From positions 99,014,001 through 99,078,000 of the forward strand of contig NC_092347.1 in NCBI RefSeq assembly GCF_963676685.1: a stretch of DNA of 64,000 nt, in the 5' to 3' direction. The first letter of the stretch is position 1. Every line of letters starts with the position of its first letter. Below the pieces are notes generated by a model. That model was not told where the DNA came from. It made no database searches and saw only the letters and a list, made by a program, of their open reading frames with translations. This DNA is from Mytilus edulis (Eukaryota). Below are positions 1-11,133 of the stretch, piece by piece. The translations under genes were made by a program, and so were the position numbers.

Positions 1-1100
1 CTAAATAAATTAGATATTACTGCACTTACACTGATTTATACTTACACATTCGGAATTTCTTAGGTTGTTGATTCAAAAACAATATTTTCAAATAAGAAAT
101 AAACGATGAATTTTGGTCTGATTTGTAGAGTTCTTAAAGTAATTCTATTTTATAACCGTTATACGTACTGTCCATAACAAAATTCTCCAACCACAAAAAG
201 GACAACTTGCGTATTGATATTGAATAGAAACTAATCCAGTCGATCTACCTTGACGAATTGCATACATATTTATATATAAATTACATGTGAGTATACATCA
301 ATGAGAAACCAACGACAAAGAAAACAAAGCGACATATAAAGGGCAACATTCAGTCTTCAGCAATGGACAAAATAAAGAAGTAAAGTCAACTGTTTTGAGA
401 GTATTATAATTTTGACTCTGTAAACAAAATTTCAACAAATTTATAGTTTACACCTGCAGTGAAACATATAAAACATAGTGATTATGTATTTATGTTGTGC
501 TGTTACACCACTGCTCCAGTGTAGGATTCTGCACTCAAAAACATGTTTAACCAATCCAAATATTCAATGTGCCTGTAGTTCAGTTGTTGTTGTTGGTTAA
601 TGTCTGTCATATCGGTTTTTCGGAATTGTTTTGTTATAAGTAAGACCATTAAGTTTAGTTTCAATTGGTTTGCATTTTTCATGTCATGGCTTTTAATTGC
701 CGACTTTATCGTTTGTGTGAAGGACGTAAGATTGCTTATAATTGCTTACGTCACTTCGTTTGAACTCTAATGCACAGTTGGCAATCACACCACATGTCAT
801 TGTTTTTTCCCGAAATAATTTCTTAAATTACTGAAAAATTGATATAACAACAGTCCTGTAAACATCGGTAATAGATTTAGAAAAATATTATTTAATATAT
901 TTTATTTGTCGCATTCAATAAATTATGTAAAAATATTGATATAGAACTTGTCTTACATCTCTCTCGGACAATACAAGTTTCAGTTCCGTTATAATTTTTT
1001 TCGGTTCTCATTTGCAGTTTTGTTCAATTGTTTTGGATATTTACGGCATGTCAGCCCAAAATATCGCGGCGTTTTGGATCTTTGCATATGCCCATTAAAC

Positions 1101-1380
1101 GGACGTCGATTGGAGAGGCTAGAAATTGGACGTCGATTGGAGAGGCTAGTAATTGGACGTCGATTTGAGAAGCTAGAAATTGGACGTCGATTGGAGAGGC
1201 TAGAAATTGGACGTCGATTGGAGAAGCTAGAAATTGGACGTCGATTGAAGAGGCTAGAAATTGGACGTCGATTGGAGAAGCTAGAAATTGGACGTCGATT
1301 GGAGAGGCTAGAAATTGGACGTCGATTGCAAAAAGCTAGAAATTGGACGTCGATTAGAGAGACCAAAGATTGGACTTCGA
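1101..1380. repeat. 27-bp minisatellite (~10 copies, unit GGACGTCGATTGGAGAGGCTAGAAATT), open on both strands (LERLEIGRR on +, NRRPISSLS on -)
   Basis: GGACGTCGA recurs at 1101, 1128, 1155, 1182, 1209, 1236, 1263, 1290 and 1317, then 1345 (1-bp insertion) and degenerately at 1372. This explains ORFs 948..1394 and 989..1366. Confidence 0.95.
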
Positions 1381-1669
1381 CAAGAGGGATATGACATTTG
1401 CCGTCGATTTGGAATGTTATTTTATTGTGACGTCAGATTTGGACGTTGATTTGTTGAACGTTGATCTGAGTGTTACATATATAACTTAGTTAAATGATTA
1501 ACTGAAAACTCAAACCTCGTATAATTAGTTCAAAGGAATTTTTGCTACTATGTGAAATAAAAAATAAAATGCATAATAAGTATATATATTTTATTTAAAA
1601 AAGTAAAAAATCTACGGATGGTTGATGTCACGTTATGTTGTTACACACTCCTTGAGTCCTTATATTTTC

Positions 1670-3302
1670 TTAATATCCTGTAACATAAAAAACATTCTTA
1701 TAAATTTGAAAAGAGAAAAAACTTTCATAATATACAAATGTTATAGATTTTTAGCACTACTTTGTTTCCTTTTTTGTTACTTCATATCTTAATTATTTCG
1801 GTATAGACTATAATTGAATACGTAAATAAAATTTTTGCTTAAAATTTACATTATGTTGAAAATATAGATTTGCTGTACCTGAAAATTTACCTACTGTAAT
1901 CGTTGATTTGAATTATATATATAGTCGTCATGTTTATGGTAAATAATATGTCTATCTCAAAAACATAATAATACAAACAAGTTTGTATGAAATCTGGAAC
2001 GATAATTATGCCGTATCATACAGATATATTCAGAGTTAGATCAATTCTTCATTAAAAAATAAAGTGAACAGTTTTGTATATTTCCCCATTCTGAGCTATA
2101 CGAGAGATGCTGATAATATTTAATCTGAGGTATACTGGAAACCTACCTCTAAGACTCAATCCTGAATTAGATCTCCATCCTGAATTAGATCTCCATCCTA
2201 AATTAGATCTCCTTCCTGAATCAATTCCCCATCTGTCAAAACGTCCTAATCCACTGTCCAAATGACTGCTTCTGTATGGATCATATGTAGCTGCTCTTTT
2301 GTGTCCTAAAGAAGTTATTACTATTGTTATTTATATTCAGCAATAGCACAAGTATAAGTTCAGATGATACGATATGTTGGTGCTTTAAGAATACATGTAA
2401 ATATATAGTATGTAGGCCACACATTGCAACTCATCCTATAATAATATATACCAAAATTGTTTTGCATTTCAATCAAAGTAAATTTGGAATAGAGAAACAA
2501 CGATAGTAACGTGACGTCCACAAAACTGTCAACTTTTCGAAATGAGTTATTTGGATATGTGAGATATGTTTTATTGATTAAAAACACGATAAGAGTATAT
2601 ATGCACTATTATCAAATTTGTTCTAAACATGCAAAAAATAAGTGAATAAAACAAAACATCAGTTATTTGATTGTTACTGTTCTGTAGAATTAAAGCTTGG
2701 ATGCAATATCAGAAACATTTATCGTTTGGTGGTCGGTTCAAATCGGGGTTTCTGTGATTCAATTTGGTTCAAGATGAAATTTGTGGACATTTATTGTTAA
2801 AAAGAATATAAACACAGAACGGATTTTTTTTTAACTAGATCAGAAATAAACTTAGGCAAAAATCTGTCAAAAAGGTGCAATTTGGGTAGCCTAATATTCT
2901 GTAAAAATGAACACTTTTTTGTAAGAAATACTTAATATAATACAATCTCATTATAATGCTTTTGTTGGTGAAAATGCGTCATTTGAAAAATATGAATGTA
3001 GATTATATTGTAAATATGAAACCGTTATGGCAGTTTATAAAGAATAACAATGGATATATGTTAATCTGTATCTATAACAATTTATAAAGTTTATATAACT
3101 TACTTCGATATCCGCCATTTAATCCCCCTGACAGACGTCCACCATTCCAACCACTATTCCATCCATTACTAAGCTGTCTACTATTCCATCTACTTCCCAA
3201 AACTCTGGATCCCTGTGAACCCCATGATCGTTGAGTATAACTGTTAGCAGTGGCTAAAGTAACCAGTACAGCAAGCATAACAACAAAATCTAAGGTATTC
3301 AT
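1670..3302 (-). CDS. Secreted Gly/Trp/Asn/Arg-rich prepropeptide, copy A (121 aa)
   Basis: Coding exons 3302-3104, 2305-2147 and 1677-1670, all GT-AG phase-1 introns, 366 nt in total. Non-coding exon 1 ends at 3877 (GTAAGT donor). TATAAAA at 3971-3965; AATAAA at 1595-1590. Protein: MNTLDFVVMLAVLVTLATA-NSYTQRSWGSQGSRVLGSRWNSRQLSNGWNSGWNGGRLSGGLNGGY-RRHKR-AATYDPYRSSHLDSGLGRFDRWGIDSGRRSNLGWRSNSGWRSNSGLSLRGY*. Confidence 0.9.
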
Positions 3303-3964
3303 GGTTTCTGAAAAAAAAAGAATAAAATGTATCAAAATTATTATATCAGATGTTTTTTTATTACAACTACAACATATGTATTTACGCTACAACAGGGAAA
3401 ATTGTGATCTTTTAAAAATCAAAATACAAATGAAAAAGTTGTTTTTCTATTAATATGATACAACAAAACACGTTTGTCTAATTATTCGAAAAGGAACATA
3501 CAAATTAGTTTACACATTTATCATTTTCTCTCTTCCTACGACTCTTCACGATTAAAATTGATCATAAGTTATAATGATACATGTATGACTTACGAGTATG
3601 TTTACTATTAAGTTTGTTTTTTTTTGTGTGAAAAGAGTCGTTGTATCGTTATGAGACTATGAGAGAGAAAACACTATAAAAAACGATACGCCAGACAATA
3701 CCTTTGTAATGCATTTAAAATTTGAAATATGTATCTGCACAGTTATGACATTTATTTATTTGAAACACCAGTAAGCGATGATTATGTTGTCTATATAAAA
3801 ATGATGATATGATTTAAAAAGCTGAAATGATGAAAATTTCAAACATTGATATAAACAGCTAAAGCAAATTACTTACCTGTTTTATTCTATTTTATTTTTT
3901 TTCCCTTGAAAGTGTTTGTCGATTGAGACCTGATATGATAATGAACACTGAGATTGCATTCCGC

Positions 3965-4100
3965 TTTTATACTATTTATTTTAAGGAAATAATTCTAAAT
4001 GGGGAATTTTTTAAAACCCATACTACACAAGTAAACTACGTAGGTTTACAAACAATTAGATGTTGTAAAGGTTACCATAATGAACAACATGTCAATGTCA
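3965..4100 (-). promoter_or_regulatory. Proximal promoter of copy A
   Basis: TATA at 3965-3971, CTACGTAG at 4036-4043 and TGACATTGACA at 4090-4100 (minus strand). The same motif order occurs in copies B, C and D. Confidence 0.7.
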
Positions 4101-5640
4101 TTGGCTAGATGTTAAGTCTGTAATGATAAGTTTATGGGCACATCTGTTATACGTATTACATATCAATCATTATGCATTCAGTTTTATAATTATAGTAAAG
4201 TATAAATAGTTCAAACAGTTTGGTTAGAAATCGTATTAAATGATAAAGAACATTTTCTAAAATATAGATATATTCTTGTATGCCTTTTTTTATACTATCT
4301 CACATTTCTATAGTTCATGAACAAAATAATAAAAGAAATGCGTTTTTAAAGCCCTCGTAACACTTTTTGCAAATGAGATAGCTTTAAGTTTGGCGATTTA
4401 AAAAAAATATCCATTTTTTTTTGATAAAATTAATTAAATTCTAACGAGATTGGAAAATCATATTTTTTATCATACATTCTATATGTGACTAAATCAATAT
4501 ATGAGCTGGTACTTTAGTTATTATTTATTATATTTAGGTTGTATTTATTGTTTTGCAAATTAAGCATGCCATTAATTTTTCTAATTTATATTGATTCAAT
4601 TGTTATGTTGACAAATTTTACGAAAGCTTCCTTCTCGGGATGGAATTTTCCCATTGTTGAAGGTCATGTTCGTTTTCTCGTTTAACGTGTTTTACATTGT
4701 CATATCGGGGCCTTTGATAGCTAACTATGCGGTATAGGCTTTGCTCATTGTTGAAGACCGTACGGTGACCTATAGTTGTTAATGTCTGTGTCATATTGGT
4801 CTCTTGTGGACAGTTGTCTCATTGGCAATCATACCACATCTTCTTCTTCATAAGTTACGTTATTTAGTTTCTTATAAGTTGTCTCATTTGCAATAATACC
4901 ACATAATTATATCTCTATATCAAAAATGGTAGTTCGCATACTTAATTCGCTACGGTAAATTGTTCAACATGTTTTTCAACATAAAAATGATAGCATACGC
5001 TGTTAAGTTCATTATTATATGATACCATACGGCATTGTTTTTAAATAGCGATCAAAACAAATAAAAGTACCAACGGACCTGGCTTCCCCTGACTCATATT
5101 TATACTAAAACCTCTATTTCAATTTAGAAATTAACATTTACCTCTACCTTAACAGCAGTCATACAATTTTCCTTACCTTCACAACTTCCTCTGCTAATCT
5201 GATTTACGTTTATTAACTCACTATTCAATAGCATGTAGCTGCTACCTAGACCTAATAAAACCTCAAAAAAAATAATCTAAGTAAGTTTATCGGAAGACAC
5301 TAATACACTGTTGACAAATATTATGTATCCACTTAATAAATAGTACATGATGGTTTTGAACAAAAGATTATAGATACTGATTGTGTTTATCATCTTAATA
5401 ATATGTTATAGTGTTCTTTTTTTATTCGTCTATGTATAATATTAACCTTTTTTGATTGATTCATCATTTTGGTAATTTTCTTTTTGCCTGTCTCGGTATC
5501 CATGCATCGTGTCATTGTGTTTATGGTCTATGGTTAGAAAAATACAGTATTGTATTTTGAGCTCCGAAGGCATTAATTATTGATTTGATGATCATAAATT
5601 TAGTTTACTGGCCATTCGTCTTCGCTGTTATCTGGTTTGA

Positions 5641-5757
5641 GTTCAATATCGTAGCGGCTACGTAGTGGCTATCAATATCTATGTAGCAACTAGACTATAG
5701 GTACACGTTCAATAGTCAAAACCGACGTAGCACTACGTAGCCGCTACGATATTGAAC
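5641..5757. mobile_element. Small foldback element / MITE remnant
   Basis: GTTCAATATCGTAGCGGCTACGTAGTG pairs as an inverted repeat with CACTACGTAGCCGCTACGATATTGAAC. Confidence 0.55.
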
Positions 5758-6664
5758 GCCACCTTGCTCTTTGGTCGGGTTGTTGTCTTTTTGACAAATT
5801 CTTATTCCATTCTCAATTTTAATATATCTATTCTCATGAAACTGTCAGAAAACATCATAAAATTAGTCATCTGAAATCAGTTAAACATTAATTCGTTTTC
5901 ATAGCACCAATTGTGATTGAGTCCATGAATAATGATGACGTTATCCAATTACAATGAACGTTACATATTAAACAATTTTGCATTAGAAATATCTTTTGTA
6001 TTCTTTTCTTTCATGTCGCGTATATGCTATGCCTATAGAGTTATTATATGGTATTGTGTTGTTGTTTTTTGACATAGTTATTATTCGTTTGTTTTATAGT
6101 GATTCAGTTTTATAGCACACTGTTGATTACTGTTATAAAATATTGAAATGTTTACCTATTACATTTTCCAACTGATTAGGTACCTTCCTTTTTGAGATTT
6201 TCCTTGGATCTTGTTATTTTTTTTTTCTATTTTTTTTAATGTTAATACTTCATTTCCAGCCAAATATTGTGCAAATATCTTGTTGTCAACAGAATATAGG
6301 ACCAATAATGTTCATTGCTGCATAGTTATGTTTTAATTTATTAAAATCGATTGTTCAACCGTTGACAACAATATTCAAATTGTGTGATACAGTAGATATT
6401 TAGAAGTAGAAAACGTTTATTTAATGTAAACATGGAGCGTATTTAAATTTGGCCTCCATATACAATTATATTGTTATAACTGGGATGTGAAATCTCGATT
6501 GTTAATTTCTACGGTGACTTAAACAGTTGAACTTTGTAACCAAATCTTTGTATTGTTAATAGGATTTAACTAAAAATAAATTTTGTAATTGGAACTTGAT
6601 GAATATGGTGATGGCTTAAAATGAATCCAACGTTTCTGTAAGTAAATTTCATATACAAAAGGTT

Positions 6665-6860
6665 GGCATGATTATTTTATACAATATACTTCGTTCACAT
6701 AAGATATATATATCCGTGGGCTATATTTCACATATTTAACACACTTCTGACTATAATAAATTAAGTGATGTCAAAATGAAAATCTTGTCATTTCAATGAC
6801 ATTTCTTACTTTACGTCACTTAGCAAGTCAAATTATGATCATTATTCATTTCTTGTATGA
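6665..6860. promoter_or_regulatory. Conserved non-coding block (copy 1 of 3) with palindrome TGTCATT-NN-AATGACA
   Basis: Palindrome at 6786-6801. The block is homologous to 17700-17890 and 23000-23190. Confidence 0.5.
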
Positions 6861-7134
6861 ACCCTCATATCTTTTCTCTACTTCTGCTATTATAAAGTAC
6901 GAAATTATGATGCAGTAGAACAAGGATTATTAAATAAATGAATACATTGGTGTCAGTATATTGAGTTCTAAAAGAAAGGGAATAACTTACAATTGATAAA
7001 TATCAATTACAAAACAATTTCGACATTATCTACAAGCAATATTTGTTCATAACAAACAAGACTTCGATCACAGGAGTGCTCCACTTAATTACTACTCAAT
7101 GCCATCGTGTAGTAAATAATCTATTTGAACAATG

Positions 7135-8198
7135 GTTTCTGTCACTGCTGGTGGAGATTTATTTCCCCGAGGGTATCACCAGCCTAGTAGTCAGCACCTT
7201 TGTGCTGAAATGAATTATCATTGATTTGGTTATGTTTATAAATTAACTGTTTATAAAAATTTTGGTTCTTCCTCAGGCATTGATTACCTTAGCTGTATTT
7301 GGCTAAACTTTTAGGAATTTTGGTCCTCAATGCGCTTCAACTTCGTACTTTACTTGGCCTTTTTAATTTTTTTGGATTCGAGCGTCGCTGATTAGTCTTT
7401 TATGGACGAAACGCGCGTCTGGCGTATATACAAAATTTAATCCTTGTATCTATGATGAGTTTATTTACAACCACTGTGTCGATGCCACTGCTGGTGGAGA
7501 TTTATTTCCCCGAGGGTATCACAAGCCTAGTAGTCAGCACTTTTGTGCTGACATGAATTATCATTGATATGGTTATTTTTATAAATCAACTGTTTATAAA
7601 ATGTTGAATTTTTGAAATACTAAGGCTTTTCTACCTCAAACATAGATTACCTTAGCTGTATTTGGCAAAACTTTTAGGAATTTTAGTCCTCAATGCGCTT
7701 CAACTTCGTACTTTCTTTGGCCTTTTTAACTTTTTTGGATTCGAGCGTCACTCATGAGTCTTTTGTGGACGAAACGCGTGTCTGGCGTATATACAAAATT
7801 TTACCCTTGTATCTATGATGAGTTAATTTACAACCACTGGGTCGATGCCACTGCTGGTGGAGATTTATTTCCCCGAGGGTATCACCAGCCCAGTAGTCAG
7901 CACTTTTGTGCTGACATGAATTATCATTGTTATGGTTATATTTATAAATTAACTGTTGATAACATTTTAATTTTTTGAAATACTAAGGCTTTTCTACCTC
8001 AGGCATAGATTACCTTAGCTGTATTTGGCTAAATTTTAGGAATTTTCGTCCTCAATGCTCTTCAACTTCGTACTTTATTTGGCCTTTTTTTTTAAAACTT
8101 TTTCGGATTCGAGCGTCACTGATGAGTCTTTTGTAGACGAAACGCACGTCTTGTGTATATACAACATTTAGTCCTGGTATCTATGATGAGTTCATTTA
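7135..8198 (+). mobile_element. Tandem ~365-bp hammerhead-containing repeat (non-LTR retrozyme / Penelope pLTR-type), ~3 units
   Basis: Hammerhead cores at 7388 (CTGATTA, mutated), 7751 (CTCATGA, mutated) and 8119 (CTGATGA, intact). Spacing is 363 and 368 bp. Confidence 0.8.
8113..8156 (+). ncRNA. Minimal type I hammerhead ribozyme, intact core, weakened stem I
   Basis: GCGTCA-CTGATGA-GTC(TTTTGTA)GAC-GAAA-CGCACG-TC-TTGTGT. Confidence 0.6.
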
Positions 8199-9355
8199 TG
8201 TTAAATTGAGAATGGGAATGGGAAATATCTCAAAGAGACAACAACCCGACCATAGAGTAGACAACAGGTGAAGGCTACCAATGGGTCTTCAGTACAGCAC
8301 AAACAATCGCAACCGGAGTCGTCCTTCAGCTGGCCCCTAAACAAATCATGTTAGCTCTATATATACCTTATACTTAAGTGTTATTTGGGGTGTTTTCTTA
8401 GATAAGGGTTTTTCTGTATTACGTTTTTTTTAACATGACTCAAACCTCTTAGCAGTTTATTAAAGAACACTTATTTGTATAAGTTTGATGGGAAACACTT
8501 TGTTTTAAACGAGTTGAGTTCCGTTAATTGTATTGTTTACTAAAGAACATTTTACCTTAAATATCTTTATGCATACGGGCGCAGGTGAAAATCGCAGAGT
8601 TGTTAAACTTTACTTGTATTGTCTTATTTATACATGTGAAATACTGATGCTTTACATTTTCCAAGTATTTCTTGACTATACAGTGTTATAAACATAAGTG
8701 TTAACTATAAATCACAACATTAATACCATGGAATTTTGTCCAATCCGTTCCTAATTAACAGTCGTATTTTATTCAATTAGGTTAGAGCACGCTCTTGTTT
8801 TGTGCTGACATAGATATAAACAGATGGCTGATGTATTTTCTTGTTGATTTTTTGTGAATATAATGCCCATACAGTTTTTTTTATTTCTGTTACTTTCTCA
8901 AAAGGCTCTAATCAAGAAAAATGTAATTTTAGGTGATAGTAAAGCAAAATCTTTAAATCCAGGTTTCCCGTCTGCATAAGAAAATACCTGTTCCAAGTCA
9001 GAAATATGATATTTGTTTAAATTCCACTTGTTGATGTGTTTGAGCTATTGATTTTTCAACTTCTTAAAGGGACTATCTGTTTTGAATTTTCCTTCCAGTT
9101 TGGTATTTTTGTCATTTACCAAAACAAAAGATTATATATTGAGGGATTTTCTTACCATTTGAGCTAATGCAAGGTTTGTAGAATGTCTGACATATTTTTC
9201 TGTATATGGAGAAATAGTATAACGAATGTGAAGCACTGAATAACAGTGTAGCTTGTAATTCAAAAGTGTGCTACACATATTTTAGGTTAATTCAAATAGG
9301 CAGACAAATGTTTACACAGTACTTCCTTATAAACTAATTCTAACTTCTATTTTAA

Positions 9356-9897
9356 GGTAGATTCACGGTATACCGCCATCTTGGATTTTCAATCACAGAA
9401 AAATATCGGTCTAGTTATTTGCCCAAAATCTGCTTGGGAGACAGATTTGCAATTTAATGATTAGACTGTTTTTTATATAAAGAAAAATTTTGTTTGTTTT
9501 TAGGAAATTTTTTTTTCAAATGAACCAGTTATAATGATAACTCTCTTAGTAAATAAAATATACTATACTAATAGGGAAGATTTTCATTTTTACTTGTAGC
9601 AAGAAAAAAAGTTCGGTGACACCATGTTTCTTTTTATTCTCTTAAAATATATAATAAAACCTATCTTCTCACAATTTATTTTAAAATTCTATTTCATAAA
9701 AAAAAATTTATGCACACAAATGTGTTTTTTAATGAACAATCTAACGAAATTTAGACAATTTTCAACGACTCATAGCTTGAGAAATAGCACGGTGATCCAC
9801 ACCTTTTTTTCTTATTTTTGAAAAAAGCATAGTAAAATCTTCATTTTATCAAATTGTAAGAAAATTCTGTCTCAAAAGTCTATACTTATGATCTACC
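9356..9897. mobile_element. Non-autonomous DNA transposon (Kolobok-like MITE)
   Basis: Termini GGTAGAT...ATCTACC, flanked by TTAA at 9352-9355 and 9898-9901. Confidence 0.7.
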
Positions 9898-11133
9898 TTA
9901 AAGGAATAAATAATATAAAAGACTTTTGATGAAGTCACGGTCACGTGCAAAAATGTTTATAAGGTAATAGGGAGAAAAACCTTCAGCCACCAAGAAGCTG
10001 TGTTATATCCAACTGTCATACTAATGCGACTGTTATACATAGAAGTGAGAGGTTTAGCTAGCTATAAAACCAGGTTCAATCCACAATTTTCTACATTAGA
10101 AAATGTCTGTACCAAGTCAGGAATCTGACAGTTGTTAACCATTCGTTTGATGTGTTTGGACTTCCTTTTTGAATTTCCCTCGGATCGAGTTCAGTATTTT
10201 TGTTATTTTACTTTTTACATCCAAACTATATTATGATTGATTTCTTTAAGTATATTTTGGGCGAGTGATAATATCAGGTGAGGTGACAACTATATGTCAG
10301 GTAAAGTGATTTTTGTAGAAGTTGTCGACCTTTAAACCGCTGATAAATATCAAAGGATGGTATACAAAGTTGAAAGTATTGATATTTAACATGACTGATA
10401 CTTAACACACATCCAATTCGAGGAACAGTTGAAAAAGACTCAATGACAAACGTCCACTAAACGCATTAATTATTAAGCTCATCAGAAAATGTTTATTTAA
10501 TGTAAACAATTTTGATATTTGTTTTAGTTCACATATTTTTGTAAATATATTGGTATTTTAATGCAACTGTCATACAAAAAAAAAGGTTTAGCCTTCTTTA
10601 TAACCAGGTTTAATCTAATATGTTCCATATATGTCGGGAATTTTACCAGTTTTTGGTGGGTTTCGTGTTGCTTATTCTTTAGATATATGTTTTTTACATG
10701 TGTACTATAGTTTGCCTGTTTGTCTTTTTCATTTTTAGCAATGGCGTCGTCAGTTAATTTTCGATTTACGAGTTTGACTGTCCCGCTGGTATCTTTCGTC
10801 CCTCTTTTAAAGCTGTTTTTTCATTCGTTTTATGTGTTGGAGCTTTCGATGTCGTCATAAGCACACAACAATTTAAATAACAACTAATAAGTGTTTCTGT
10901 TCCTTAGGTAGGTTTAGACTGGCATGTCATGTTCAGAAGAATATATATATAATTTAGTTAAATTAGTTAATCAAAACTCGTGTATTTAGTAACAAATGAA
11001 TATGTGGTACTATGAAAAATAAGAAAAAGGTGCATAATAGGTACATTAATTTTATTGGAAAAAGTAAAAAATCTACGGATTATTGATGTCACTTTATGTT
11101 GTTGAACACTGCTTGTGTCTTTCTATTTTTTTC

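Noticed and set aside
1101-1380. CRISPR-like array
   Set aside because: Contiguous tandem units with no unique spacers, no cas genes, and a eukaryotic context.
3072-3335. Single-exon ORF calls for the peptide genes (also 13403-13633, 20507-20755, 61875-62159, 2052-2261, 61322-61516)
   Set aside because: Their ends run into introns. Paralog similarity between subtypes stops at the GT/AG sites, so spliced models were used.
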